Part shown: piece after piece, positions 9,596 to 19,134 of the stretch
How the letters are laid out: each line of letters begins with the position of its first letter
Numbering within the stretch: position 1 is the stretch's first letter
Source: a virus
Taxonomy: Duplodnaviria; Caudoviricetes
DNA: 64,000 nucleotides
IMG/VR virus record: IMGVR_UViG_3300012973_001074
Coordinates: 1 to 64,000 of that record
Reading direction: 5' to 3' (one strand)
Notes under the pieces: generated by a model
Told to the model about the DNA's origin: nothing
What the model saw: only the letters and a program-made list of their open reading frames with translations
Database searches by the model: none
Made by a program: the position numbers and the translations under genes

Positions 9596-9807
9596 GCGCC
9601 TCGGTCCTCGTCATCTGCGCGATGAGCACCGCGCTCGCCTTTATCGTCGGATGGTGGAAGGGCCAGCGCGATCTCGAGAAGGACGCCGGCGACGACCTCG
9701 ACCGGCTGATGCGGGAGATCGAGAAGATCCCCACGAGTTGTGCAAGCTGCGGCGGGGCGCTGAGAGCTCGCTGCGTTGAGGGCTGCCCGCCCACGGAGGA
9801 AGGCTGA
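9592..9807 (+). CDS. small membrane-anchored protein
   Basis: N-terminal hydrophobic helix, CxxC at the C-terminus. Confidence 0.55.
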   Translation: MSASVLVICAMSTALAFIVGWWKGQRDLEKDAGDDLDRLMREIEKIPTSCASCGGALRARCVEGCPPTEEG

Positions 9808-9983
9808 TGCTCCACATCGTCAAAACGACGCGAACGGACGATCCCGTCGTCTTTCACTGCGTGAACTGCGGTCTATTCGTGGTCGAGCGTGCAGGCGACG
9901 AGAGCCAATGCTCGTGCGGTGCGACCCCGTGCGGGGAGTGCCTCGCGTCGCTGCGGAACGAGCGGCAGAAGAGCCTGCAGTAA
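9807..9983 (+). CDS. small Zn-ribbon protein (58 aa, below track cutoff)
   Basis: GGAGG RBS, TGATG overlap; MLHIVKTT...HCVNCG...CSCG..PCGEC. Confidence 0.5.
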   Translation: MLHIVKTTRTDDPVVFHCVNCGLFVVERAGDESQCSCGATPCGECLASLRNERQKSLQ

Positions 9984-10038
9984 GCATGGACTAGATCGCA
10001 CGCCATGTGCGCTGCTATTTGGCAACTGGGGTATCTGG

Positions 10039-10311
10039 ATGGCGCAGGGTAAGCAGGAGCCGTCTCCGGAGCAGCGCGAACACGCGCGGCAGCTCTGGAA
10101 CAGCTGGAGGACGGCAAGCGAGGAGGAGATCGTCGAGCACCTGGCCGTGGCCTTGATGATGGCCGAGGAGCTCGCGGTCATCGAGGGCGAGAGGCGCGAG
10201 GCAGCCGCGCTCGCGCAGCTCGAGGAAATGCGCGCGGCCGGCGTGCGCCTCGTGGAGAGGGTCCAAGCGGCCACGGAACACGTCTCGCGCGCGCTGAAAG
10301 GAGTCACCTGA
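10039..10311 (+). CDS. hypothetical protein
   Basis: Helical ORF in the operon. Confidence 0.55.
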   Translation: MAQGKQEPSPEQREHARQLWNSWRTASEEEIVEHLAVALMMAEELAVIEGERREAAALAQLEEMRAAGVRLVERVQAATEHVSRALKGVT

Positions 10312-10598
10312 TGAGCGTCACGAGCGATCTCCACATCCTGGCCTCGGAGCTGCGACGGGTGCGGCTCTCTTCGCCCCCGACGATCGGCGCCGCGATGCAC
10401 GCCTACGCGAAGGCGCTGCGCAACGCGCGCGACAAGGGCGCGGACCCGGCCGTGCTGCTCGCGGTCGGCGAGCTCGTGTGGATGGCGATCCGGCCCGAGG
10501 CCGAGCCCGCGCCGGAGAAGATCGCCGAAGCGCTCGACGAGTTCTGGCGGAAGTTCGAGGCGGACATCGCGTTCTGCACGCGCGGAGGCCGAGCCTGA
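10311..10598 (+). CDS. hypothetical protein
   Basis: AGGAG RBS, TGATG overlap. Confidence 0.6.
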   Translation: MSVTSDLHILASELRRVRLSSPPTIGAAMHAYAKALRNARDKGADPAVLLAVGELVWMAIRPEAEPAPEKIAEALDEFWRKFEADIAFCTRGGRA

Positions 10599-10614
10599 TG
10601 CCGATGCCTCGAAA

Positions 10615-10872
10615 GTGCCCTGCGTGCTTTGCTGCACCACGGACGCGGAGCTCGCGATGAGTCGCGTGGGCTCGGAGAGGGGCGACCGGACCTGGTCGCT
10701 CGTACCTTCGGCGAGTCGCCAGCGCTGCTCGTGCTGTGGGCAGCGTGCAACCCACTTCGGGCTTGGGGACGGCGTCGTGCTGACGATGGGCTGCGAATGG
10801 TTCGTGCGGACCTGGTGCCGGGATCCGGCGGACGCGAGGATGCTCGTCGTCCGGCGCAAGAGAGGGAGCTGA
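10615..10872 (+). CDS. Cys-rich hypothetical protein
   Basis: Fills the operon gap; start uncertain. Confidence 0.4.
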   Translation: MPCVLCCTTDAELAMSRVGSERGDRTWSLVPSASRQRCSCCGQRATHFGLGDGVVLTMGCEWFVRTWCRDPADARMLVVRRKRGS

Positions 10873-11354
10873 TGGAAATCGACATGAAATGCACGCGCTG
10901 CGGCGGCCCTGCGGTCCGCCTCGTCCAGACGGGAGAGCTGTCGTGCGCGCGCCAGTGCACCGAGCGCGCCGTCGACATGGCGAACCGGATGGTGCTCGAA
11001 GAGCAGGTCGGCCTCTACGCGCGGTTCCTCAAGCAGGAGCTGCCGGAGGGCGTCGGCTTCGTCCTCGTTCTCTGCGACTTCGGCCATGACGGCAACTTGG
11101 CCTACGTGAGCACGGTGCAGCGCGAGGACTCGATGGCGCTGCTGCGCGAGCTGCTCGACAAGATGGCGACCGAGCCGGCGGTCCCGACGGGGCCGGCGCC
11201 GGACAAGCTCGAACGGCTCGCAGGTATCGAGCGCGCCGCAAAGCGCGCCGTCGAGCTCGTCGGCGGCAAGTGCCGCCACTGCAAGGCGCAGCCGCAGCAC
11301 TGCAATTGCTTCGTCGGCGACCTGCGACGCGCGGTGAGCCGACGAGCCCGATAG
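10872..11354 (+). CDS. hypothetical protein with Zn ribbons
   Basis: GGGAG RBS; LPEGVGFVLVL...YVST motif recalled from phage proteins. Confidence 0.65.
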   Translation: MEIDMKCTRCGGPAVRLVQTGELSCARQCTERAVDMANRMVLEEQVGLYARFLKQELPEGVGFVLVLCDFGHDGNLAYVSTVQREDSMALLRELLDKMATEPAVPTGPAPDKLERLAGIERAAKRAVELVGGKCRHCKAQPQHCNCFVGDLRRAVSRRAR

Positions 11355-11554
11355 GGGGGCCACACGGATGAGGACGGCTTGGGGACGGAGCCTGCGGAAG
11401 ATCGTCGCCGTCGATCACGACGGCACGCTCGTTCTCCAATGCGGGCATCGCAAGAAGCACTCGGGCAAGACCCGCTGGGGTACGCGTACGGCGTGCCTCG
11501 AATGCGTTCCGGACGGGCGGCGAGAGGCATCGCCGCCGAGCAAGAGGGGCACAA

Positions 11555-11764
11555 ATGACGCGACGACTCGACCTGGTAATCCGCTGGCAGAATGACATGG
11601 TCACGACGTTCGACGCCGAGGGCGCACAGGTGACCGACCTGCAGGGGCCGTACACGCCAGAGCTGAAGCAGCGGCTCCTCGCGGCCGCCGATGCGGCGAC
11701 CCAGTTTCGCCACGGGATCTGGCGACCGGCATCCGAGAAGACGGTAACGCGCGAGGAGTGGTGA
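11555..11764 (+). CDS. hypothetical protein
   Basis: GAGGGG RBS. Confidence 0.5.
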   Translation: MTRRLDLVIRWQNDMVTTFDAEGAQVTDLQGPYTPELKQRLLAAADAATQFRHGIWRPASEKTVTREEW

Positions 11765-12006
11765 CGAAGGCACACGACGGAGGAGTCGTGTTCGTCCTCG
11801 AGCACGACGATCCCGGTGTCGAGCTCAACGGCTACGAGTTTGCTGGCGAGACGCACGCCGAAGCGTGGATGGCGCAGAGCTGGGACCCGAAGGCGAGGGG
11901 CTTTCGCGTGCGGCGGGTGCCGGCGAGCGAGCTCATACCGTGCGGTTGCCCGCACTGCCCGGTCGGCCGGCACGTCCCGCAGCAGCGACGTCGGCGAAGC
12001 GCCTAG
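11758..12006 (+). CDS. hypothetical protein
   Basis: Overlap with the upstream stop; GAGGAG RBS. Confidence 0.45.
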   Translation: MVTKAHDGGVVFVLEHDDPGVELNGYEFAGETHAEAWMAQSWDPKARGFRVRRVPASELIPCGCPHCPVGRHVPQQRRRRSA

Positions 12007-12258
12007 TTGCGTTCGGCGTACCAGCGCGCAAGCGCGCGGGCCCGGAGACGGTGCATAGCGAGCAGGAGTCGCCATTCGATGGCGAAGCGACGCGCGCTCG
12101 GGGGCTGGTGGTCGAGGTGATGGAGTATCGCGACGATGCGGTGACGGGACATGCCCCCTCATCGGCCGGATGTCGTCCGAAGTTTCGTAGGATTGCTCTT
12201 TGGCAACTCAAGTATTGATAGGGCAACGCGTGGCCCGCGGCATGCCTGCGGAATTCGC

Positions 12259-13776
12259 ATGCTGTATCGCCGCGCATGCCTCGCCGCTCTCGTCGTCATC
12301 CTCGCCGCCTGTACGCCCAAGAAGACGCCCCAGACGCCGCCGCCCGCTCCTGCGCCGACGACGGATGCCCCGGAGCGAACCGGGGGGCCCACGCCGGCCT
12401 ATCGCGGCACGAACCTGAACGGCGCCGACTTCGGCTCCGCGCTCCCGGGCACCGAGGGCCGAGACTACGTGTGGCCCACGGCCGCTGACGTCGACTACTT
12501 CATGGCTCGCGGGATGAACGCCTTCCGGATCGGCTTCCGGTGGGAGCGCCTGCAGCCGACGGCGAAGGGCGAGCTCGCGGCGGCGTACGCCGCGAAGCTC
12601 GACGCGCTCGTGAAGTACGCGACGGGCAAGGGGGCGCTCGTCCTGTTGAACCCGCAGAACTTCGCTCGATACTACGGCAAGGTGGTCGGTACCGCCGACG
12701 TGCCGAGCGCCGTGTTCGCCGACTTCTGGCGGCGCGTCGCTGAGAGGTACAAGGGCAACCCGCGCGTCGCCTTCGGGCTCGTGAACGAGCCGAACACGAT
12801 GCAGACCGAGCAGTGGCTCGACGCGGCGAATGCCGCAATCAAGGCGATCCGCGCGACGGGGGCGACGAACCTGATCACGGTGCCCGGCAACGCGTGGACC
12901 GGCGCCTCGCACTGGTCGTCGACGTGGTACGGCACGGCGAACGCGGTCGCGATGCTGAAGGTCGAGGACCCGATCGATCACATCGCGTTCGAGACGCACA
13001 ACTACTTCGACGCGGACGCGAGCGGGGGCGGGACGGACTGCGCTGGCGCGAGGATCGGCTCGGAGCGCATGGCGAACGTCGTCGCGTGGGCGCGGGCGCA
13101 CAAGAAGAAGCTCTGGATCGGCGAGCTTGGCACGCCGAACACGACGACCTGCGCGGCCGCGGTGAAGGACTTCCTGTCGTACGCGCAGTCGAACGCGGAC
13201 GTCGTGATGGGCTGGACGTGGTGGAGCGGCGGCCCTTGGTGGAAGAACACGAAGTACCCGCTCAGCATCAGCCCCTTCGCCGACGGCGGTGAGCGCCCGC
13301 AGCTCGCGTGGCTCAAGGGGTACCTGCCGGCCGTCACGCCGGCGCCGGCCCCGACGCCTCCGCCTCCGCCCGACCGCGACGGAGACGGCATTCCGGACGC
13401 GAAGGACGCGTGCCCGGACACGAAGGGCATCGCGAGCGACGACCCGAAGACGAACGGCTGCCCGCCTCCGCGTCCGCCGGAGCTCCTCGTCAGCATGGGC
13501 GTCCGCAACGACTGGACGTCGGGCTACTGCACCGATCTGTCGCTGACGAACAAGACGAACGCGCCGATCTCTTGGGCGACGGTGACGGTCGACTTGAAGG
13601 ACGGCAAGCTCCGGGCGCCTGGGCATGTCTGGGGCGGGCAGGGGACGGGCAAGCTCACGTTCGTGCCGGCAGCGGAAACTTCGCCGGTGAAGGCGGGCGC
13701 GACGGTGAAGCTCGGGTTCTGCGCCGACCGCGGACCATCGAAGGCTTTGGCATCGATCGAGGGCGTCACCTACTGA
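12259..13776 (+). CDS. Lipoprotein endoglucanase: GH5 catalytic domain, TSP3-like repeat, CBM2-like module
   Basis: Lipobox ILAAC; GTNLNGADFG, FRIGFRWERLQP, VNEP (acid/base), WIGELG (nucleophile), WTWWSGG; DRDGDGIPDAKDACP; NDWTSGYC...W...W CBM2 pattern. Confidence 0.9.
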   Translation: MLYRRACLAALVVILAACTPKKTPQTPPPAPAPTTDAPERTGGPTPAYRGTNLNGADFGSALPGTEGRDYVWPTAADVDYFMARGMNAFRIGFRWERLQPTAKGELAAAYAAKLDALVKYATGKGALVLLNPQNFARYYGKVVGTADVPSAVFADFWRRVAERYKGNPRVAFGLVNEPNTMQTEQWLDAANAAIKAIRATGATNLITVPGNAWTGASHWSSTWYGTANAVAMLKVEDPIDHIAFETHNYFDADASGGGTDCAGARIGSERMANVVAWARAHKKKLWIGELGTPNTTTCAAAVKDFLSYAQSNADVVMGWTWWSGGPWWKNTKYPLSISPFADGGERPQLAWLKGYLPAVTPAPAPTPPPPPDRDGDGIPDAKDACPDTKGIASDDPKTNGCPPPRPPELLVSMGVRNDWTSGYCTDLSLTNKTNAPISWATVTVDLKDGKLRAPGHVWGGQGTGKLTFVPAAETSPVKAGATVKLGFCADRGPSKALASIEGVTY

Positions 13777-13782
13777 TGAAGC

Positions 13783-14160
13783 GTGGCCGAGTTCTACAAC
13801 GCAAAAGACGTCAGATTCATCATCAACGGGGTCGCGTTTGAGCCCGGCCACGTCACGGTCGAACGGCAGCCGGAGCCCGCGCGTCCACGGCCGCCGCTCG
13901 TCGTGACCGTGACGCGGTATCTGTCGGCCGAAGAGGCGAAGCCGTTGCGGGCTCTTTTCGACCAGCTCACTCGCGAGAGCGCCATTCTTCACGGTCGGAA
14001 CAATCGCGCGCGCCGACGATTGCTAAAGAGCAGAAACGCATCGCCAATCGGCGCTCGCTTCCTGACGTTGATGCATCGCGTGCGGTACGGAGGCCGAAAA
14101 GGACGCCGAGCCTGGGCGCGTCTAAGGGCATTTCGCCGCATTTATGGGCACGAGAACTAG
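13783..14160 (+). CDS. hypothetical basic protein
   Basis: ORF following the cellulase. Confidence 0.5.
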   Translation: MAEFYNAKDVRFIINGVAFEPGHVTVERQPEPARPRPPLVVTVTRYLSAEEAKPLRALFDQLTRESAILHGRNNRARRRLLKSRNASPIGARFLTLMHRVRYGGRKGRRAWARLRAFRRIYGHEN

Positions 14161-14170
14161 CTCAATCGAG

Positions 14171-14200
14171 TTGACATTCGTTGCGGCTCAAACGTACTTC
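14171..14200 (+). promoter_or_regulatory. Possible sigma70-like promoter
   Basis: TTGACA at 14171 in an AT-richer intergenic gap, with only a weak -10. Confidence 0.4.
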
Positions 14201-14345
14201 TGTCATATAGCAACGCGCGTCGCTGATCGTTGATGCCGGCGGCGGAGACGAGTGGGGGTGGCGACACGGCGATCATCCTCGGGGGGCTCTGCATGCATCA
14301 TTCACGCATCCGCGCGCGCTACTTAGCTCGGAGTCGTTGGGGTAG

Positions 14346-14573
14346 ATGCGTGTCTGGAAAACCGGGGAAGCCGTGCGAATCACCTACGAGGGTCGCACGG
14401 TCGAGGGGACGGTGTTGCTTGCGTCGAGGAACGGCACGTCGCTCTTCCTCGAGTTCGATGCATTGCTCGGCGGCTACGCAGGGCGGATGCCGGTGTCGGT
14501 CGATGACGACGGGGTCATTCGGGACCTGATGAACAACCTGCCCGTCGAGCTGAGCCCGCTGGAGGTCTCGTGA
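14346..14573 (+). CDS. hypothetical protein
   Basis: First ORF of a coupled series. Confidence 0.6.
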   Translation: MRVWKTGEAVRITYEGRTVEGTVLLASRNGTSLFLEFDALLGGYAGRMPVSVDDDGVIRDLMNNLPVELSPLEVS

Positions 14574-14770
14574 TGCAGTTGCAGATGGACGACGTGACGG
14601 CCGACAAGCCGTCGGAGGGCTTCTCGTACACGTTCGAGCTGCCGGCGGTGCCGTCGATGGGCGACATCGTGCACTGGGCGCAGCGGCGCTTCCGCGTGCT
14701 CCGAGTCGAATGGTTCCCGCATACGCCGATGCCCTGTCGACTGCTCGTCATCGAAGAGGCCGGCTCGTGA
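14570..14770 (+). CDS. hypothetical protein
   Basis: GGAGG RBS, GTGA overlap. Confidence 0.6.
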   Translation: MMQLQMDDVTADKPSEGFSYTFELPAVPSMGDIVHWAQRRFRVLRVEWFPHTPMPCRLLVIEEAGS

Positions 14771-15162
14771 CCGCCGACAGCGAGGCGATCCTCGACATCG
14801 TCGAGGGGCGCTACTTCCTAGCGGTCTGGTTCGTCGCCGGCGCTGGAATGGACTTCTTGGGCGCGGTCTTCCGCGACGCGGGAGAGAAGCGTTTCCACCT
14901 GAAGTACCGCTTTCGGTACTACCGCGATGACAAGGCCTTCGACAGCGACGACGAGAAGAGCGTCTACCACGCGACGACCGACAACGCGTCGGAGGCCGAG
15001 CTCGAGGCGCACCTCGACTTCGTCACGAAGTCCCTGCTCGCCGCCGGTATGCCGGGGCCGGCCTACAAGGTGCCGCTCAAGACGAGCGATCCACAGACGA
15101 TCATGACCGCCATCGCGGATGCGCCGTTCGCGTACGTGAAGGCCGTGGGAGCGGAAGCCTGA
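14767..15162 (+). CDS. hypothetical protein
   Basis: GTGA overlap; YRFRYYRDDKAFDSDDEKS motif. Confidence 0.65.
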   Translation: MTADSEAILDIVEGRYFLAVWFVAGAGMDFLGAVFRDAGEKRFHLKYRFRYYRDDKAFDSDDEKSVYHATTDNASEAELEAHLDFVTKSLLAAGMPGPAYKVPLKTSDPQTIMTAIADAPFAYVKAVGAEA

Positions 15163-15365
15163 TGCCGCACGGACCTGGCAAGTACGACGCTCTCGCCACG
15201 CACGTGCGCGAGCAGTCAGACGCTGAGGGCGTCGTCGTGATCGTGCTCGGCGGCAACAAGGGCAACGGCTTCTCTGTCCAGACGACGAGGCCCCTATCAC
15301 CGGCCGTCCTCGCCGCGATCCTGCGCGCGGCGGCCATGGACATCGAGAACAGCGACAACAACTGA
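15162..15365 (+). CDS. small conserved phage protein
   Basis: GPGKYD...GVVVIVLGGNKGNGFSVQ. Confidence 0.65.
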   Translation: MPHGPGKYDALATHVREQSDAEGVVVIVLGGNKGNGFSVQTTRPLSPAVLAAILRAAAMDIENSDNN

Positions 15366-15378
15366 AGGGAGGACTGCG

Positions 15379-15846
15379 ATGCCTGAGTCAGCGAAGCACA
15401 CGAACGGAGCGAGCACGAACGGAGCAAGCACGAAGGGGGCGATGACGCAGAAGGCGTTCGTGCTGAGCCTTCCGCTCGACATGCCCGCGAAAGACGCCGC
15501 CGCGAAGGCCGTCGACGCGGGCTACAAGACCGTGCGGCCGAGCCACGTCTACGCGATTCGCTCGGTGGCGAAGAAGCAGGCGGCGCACAAGGGCCCGAAG
15601 CGCAAGCCCGGTCGCCCGAAGGGCGTGAGCAGCGCGAAGAGCGCGCCGAAGCCGGCAGCTGCGCCGAAGCGCGCAGCGCCGCAGCCCGTTAGGACTCCGC
15701 GCGTGCGCGTGCCGCGACCGGGCGGCGCCGAGCGCGCAGCGCATCAGCGAGCCCTCATGCGCATCGTCCTCGCGCTCGGCATGCCCGCGACACGCGATCT
15801 GCTCAATGAAGTCGAGGAGAGGATCGGCGGGCTGCTCGACGAATGA
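15379..15846 (+). CDS. Basic K/A/P-rich DNA-binding protein (AT-hook-like KPGRPK)
   Basis: GGAGG RBS; RKPGRPKG; histone-like composition. Confidence 0.6.
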   Translation: MPESAKHTNGASTNGASTKGAMTQKAFVLSLPLDMPAKDAAAKAVDAGYKTVRPSHVYAIRSVAKKQAAHKGPKRKPGRPKGVSSAKSAPKPAAAPKRAAPQPVRTPRVRVPRPGGAERAAHQRALMRIVLALGMPATRDLLNEVEERIGGLLDE

Positions 15847-16229
15847 AGACGCGTCTCATCGAGGCCACGTCGAACGGCTTCAATTGGGGGAAGTTCCTGC
15901 TCGGCCGCTTCGACGAGAGCGAGCTTTCCGTCCGCTCCGCGGTCAACGGCAGCCCGCTCGTCTCAGGTCGCGGCTGGACGGCAGACCATCTCTGGGTCCT
16001 GGACCTGCAGACGGGGGAGGGCGCGTGCTTCCGTCCTGGCGGCTACGCGAAGGCCGATCTCGACAAGCATGCGATCTGGGTCTGCCCTCTGTTCGAGCCG
16101 TTCCTTGCGTGGCTCTACGAGCAAGACCTGCGAGATCTGCAGGCGCTGCCGGCGGTCGTAGAGCTCCCGGACGCCGACAACGCTCTCTACGGCTATCGGC
16201 GGCCAGGACCGAGGCCCGCGTCGCCATGA
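15843..16229 (+). CDS. hypothetical protein
   Basis: ATGA overlap; DLQTGEGA...HAIWVCPLFEPFL. Confidence 0.7.
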   Translation: MKTRLIEATSNGFNWGKFLLGRFDESELSVRSAVNGSPLVSGRGWTADHLWVLDLQTGEGACFRPGGYAKADLDKHAIWVCPLFEPFLAWLYEQDLRDLQALPAVVELPDADNALYGYRRPGPRPASP

Positions 16230-16912
16230 CCTGGGGCGTTCGCATCCTTCCGAGGGTCGACCTCGGACACTGTGACGCCGAGCTGCTGGACGAGCGCGGG
16301 CGCATGCGCCTGCTCTCGTTCGAGGCCATCCAGCGGTTGCCGCCCGATGCGCTCGCAACGTGGTGCCTCGCACGCGCGCGCTACAACGTCGTCACGAGCG
16401 AGCTCGTAGCGTTCGTCCGAGGGCTCATCACGAAGGCCGGGTTCGAGCTCGCCGATTGCCTCGAGGTCGGAGCCGGCATGGGCGACCTGGGGCGGCACCT
16501 CGGGATCCGGATGACGGACTCGGCGATGCAGACGCGGCCCGATATCCGGCTGTACTACCAGACCCTCGGTCAACCGATCGTCGATCCTCCCGCCGACGTT
16601 GAGCGAATCGACGGCATCGGTGCACTCGAGAAGCACAAGCCCCGCGTCGTCGTCGCGGCATGGGTCACGCAGCTCTATCGCGAAGGCGACACGGAGGCGC
16701 GCATCGGGTCGAGCGTCGAGGGCGTGGACGAGGAGCGGCTCGTTCGCGACGTCGAGCTCTACGTCCACATCGGCAATGACGGACCGCACGGGACGAAGCG
16801 AATCCTTGCCCGCGAGCACACGTGCGTGCGTGCGCCCTGGATCGTCTCGCGTGGCCTCGACCAGTCGAAGAACTGCATCCGGATTTGGCGGAAGGGAGAG
16901 GGAAACCGATGA
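16226..16912 (+). CDS. SAM-dependent methyltransferase-like protein
   Basis: CLEVGAGMGDLG motif I; KPRVVVAAW. Confidence 0.6.
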   Translation: MTWGVRILPRVDLGHCDAELLDERGRMRLLSFEAIQRLPPDALATWCLARARYNVVTSELVAFVRGLITKAGFELADCLEVGAGMGDLGRHLGIRMTDSAMQTRPDIRLYYQTLGQPIVDPPADVERIDGIGALEKHKPRVVVAAWVTQLYREGDTEARIGSSVEGVDEERLVRDVELYVHIGNDGPHGTKRILAREHTCVRAPWIVSRGLDQSKNCIRIWRKGEGNR

Positions 16913-17202
16913 AGTACGACGACGTGCGGGGCGAGATGCGCCTGCGGATGGATCAGATTGTGGAGCGCTACCTCTGCGGGCGGGAGCCGAGCAGGAAGAA
17001 GCGCAAGCCGCTCTGCCAACACTGGCGGCGCGCTCATTGGAGGAACGTCGCGTGTGGCAAGCAGTGGGGAAGGCACCGTCGGCGCTGGATCGACGGCTAT
17101 CGCGCCGGCGACCCTAACGTTGACCCGTGCCGCTCGACGCTCGCGAAGTGGCTCCGGGAAGGCCTCGTTCGCGGCATCATCGGCGAGCGGCGCGCGGCAT
17201 GA
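16909..17202 (+). CDS. hypothetical basic protein
   Basis: HWRRAHWR...WI motif; GGAGAGG RBS. Confidence 0.6.
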   Translation: MKYDDVRGEMRLRMDQIVERYLCGREPSRKKRKPLCQHWRRAHWRNVACGKQWGRHRRRWIDGYRAGDPNVDPCRSTLAKWLREGLVRGIIGERRAA

Positions 17203-17675
17203 CGCACTGCCCGCGCTGCCAGCAGAAGCTGACGCCGACGCATATGTGCCTCGGAATGCTCGACGGCATGCCCGTCGGACCGCGCGTTGGCCATCGCGTG
17301 CTCCTCATCGGCGAGGAGCAGAAGAGACGCGCACGGGAGATCGTCGACTACGCGCACGCGCACCCTTACCGCGTCGGCGAGACGGCGGTGCCGGGAACGA
17401 TGCGCGAGCACTGCATCGAGGTCCCGGTGGGCATCCGTTGCGTCTACTCGCTCACGGTGATGGCCGGCGATCCGCTGTCGTACAAGCACCTGTCCATCTC
17501 GCTCGCGGACGCACCCGATCGCCTGGTCGCGCCCGAGGTCGGCTTCGCGATCGCGATCGAGCTCTTCGGCTTCCACGGTCCGCCCGGGAGCTGGCATATC
17601 GGCCTGCCCGAGCCGGGTGCTCGGCCGCCGGGGATCGTCGTGATCGCGCAACCTTTCCACGCGGGGGAAGCATGA
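17199..17675 (+). CDS. hypothetical protein
   Basis: ATGA overlap; KHLSISL motif. Confidence 0.6.
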   Translation: MTHCPRCQQKLTPTHMCLGMLDGMPVGPRVGHRVLLIGEEQKRRAREIVDYAHAHPYRVGETAVPGTMREHCIEVPVGIRCVYSLTVMAGDPLSYKHLSISLADAPDRLVAPEVGFAIAIELFGFHGPPGSWHIGLPEPGARPPGIVVIAQPFHAGEA

Positions 17676-18349
17676 GCAGCACGACGCAATTCCCCATGAG
17701 CGCCAAGCCCTGCCCGAGCTGCGGCGGCGAGAGCGACTGCGCGACAGGGCCCGATGGGGCGACGCCGGAGGACGGCGACATCTCGCTCTGCATGTACTGC
17801 GGCGCCGTGCGGGCGTTCATGATGAACGGCCACGAGCTCCTCGGCTATCGCGTCCTCACCGAGGACGAGATCGCTACGCTGCCTGCCGACGCTCGCCTGA
17901 GCGTCATGCGCGCTCGTTCCGCGTACGCCACGTTCGCGACGCGCGCGCTTGAGGAGTACGAGAACGATCCGCCCGAGTCGCTCTCGCAGGGCGTTCGCAT
18001 TCTGCTCGAGCACGCGCGGAAGATCGCGCCGCCGTCGTTCACGGGCAAGCGCGAGGAGCAGGTCTCGCTCACAGACAAGGTCTTCGCGTGGCGCGACCTA
18101 TCGCCCGTGCTTCTCCGGATGCCTGGGTCGCATCTGTTCTACCTGCCGTGCTTCTCGTCCGCAGAGGGGCTGCGCGGCTTCTTTGGCCAGATCGGCATCG
18201 GCTTCGACGTCATCAAGAAGATCGAGGATGGCATGGAGTTCATGTCGAGCCTCGACGTTCACCCGCACGTCACGGTGATCCTCGACCCACGCATCACGGA
18301 GGAGGGCCGCGTCCGCTTCATACAAATCCAGCCAACGGTGGTGTCATGA
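17672..18349 (+). CDS. two-domain hypothetical protein (Zn ribbon plus C-terminal domain)
   Basis: CPSCG...SLCMYCG; YLPCFSS in the C-terminal part. Confidence 0.65.
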   Translation: MSSTTQFPMSAKPCPSCGGESDCATGPDGATPEDGDISLCMYCGAVRAFMMNGHELLGYRVLTEDEIATLPADARLSVMRARSAYATFATRALEEYENDPPESLSQGVRILLEHARKIAPPSFTGKREEQVSLTDKVFAWRDLSPVLLRMPGSHLFYLPCFSSAEGLRGFFGQIGIGFDVIKKIEDGMEFMSSLDVHPHVTVILDPRITEEGRVRFIQIQPTVVS

Positions 18350-18576
18350 ACGAGTACGAGCGGCGCGTGCATCGCGCGAGGGGGCTTATTCGTCAGGCGA
18401 TCGACGAGTGCGAGGGCTTGCTCGCTGCGTCGAGTCCGCTGTGTATCGGATGCAGGTTCATCGTGGCGTTCGTGCGCACGAGCCTCCGCCTGGCCGTCTC
18501 CGACCTCGAGCACGTGAACGTCTACCCGCACGGGGGCCCAGCTTCGGAGGTTCCGCCGGCGGAGCGCCCATCGTGA
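18346..18576 (+). CDS. hypothetical protein
   Basis: ATGA overlap. Confidence 0.5.
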   Translation: MNEYERRVHRARGLIRQAIDECEGLLAASSPLCIGCRFIVAFVRTSLRLAVSDLEHVNVYPHGGPASEVPPAERPS

Positions 18577-18794
18577 ACGACAAGGTGCTCACGCGCGTCG
18601 ATCTCGACGCTGCCGGCTGCAGCTCTCCGAGCTGCTCGCACGCCGATCATCCCGCTCTGTTCGTGCACGGCCGCTGCCATCCGTCGGCGGGGACGCGCAT
18701 CGAGTACCGACGGGACGGCATCCTTCGCGTCCGCTGCCGGAAGTGCGAGGCGCCGATCGCGAACATCCTCGTCGCGACCTTCCCCCCGTCGTGA
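18573..18794 (+). CDS. Zn-ribbon protein
   Basis: HGRCHP...CRKC. Confidence 0.55.
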   Translation: MNDKVLTRVDLDAAGCSSPSCSHADHPALFVHGRCHPSAGTRIEYRRDGILRVRCRKCEAPIANILVATFPPS

Positions 18795-18813
18795 CGCCCT
18801 CAGGAGGAGAGCC

Positions 18814-19134
18814 ATGCCGAACAAGTTGCCCCCACGCCGACGGCCGCCGGTCCCCGTTCGCTCGCCGCTCGCGCGGGCAGCTATCTCGAACACCGTAGTC
18901 GCGTGGGCCGAGCGCTACGCGCTCTCTCCCGCAGAATTCGACTTGCTCCTGGCCGTCGCGACGCGACCGACTTTCGATCGCGAGGCGCTGGCGCGCAACA
19001 GGCGCGTGACGCCCGATACAGTGAAGAGCCACGCCCGGGCCGTATGTCGGCGTACGGGGACGAAGTCACTCGCGCATGCCGCGCTCCTCATCCTGAACGA
19101 GACCCTCGCCCAGCAGGTCGCGAGGGCATCGTGA
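18814..19134 (+). CDS. LuxR-type HTH regulator
   Basis: AGGAGG RBS; LSPAEFDLL...VTPDTVKSHARAVCRRTG. Confidence 0.75.
   Translation: MPNKLPPRRRPPVPVRSPLARAAISNTVVAWAERYALSPAEFDLLLAVATRPTFDREALARNRRVTPDTVKSHARAVCRRTGTKSLAHAALLILNETLAQQVARAS

Noticed and set aside
12208-13992. Long antisense or alternate-frame ORFs (also 2841..4247, 9873..11363, 28770..30191, 55702..57237, 58614..60227, 60808..62220)
   Set aside because: Arg/Ala-rich shadow frames expected in high-GC DNA, overlapping well-supported genes.
14230-14529. Track ORF as a gene
   Set aside because: Poor composition, and it overlaps the better-supported 14346..14573.
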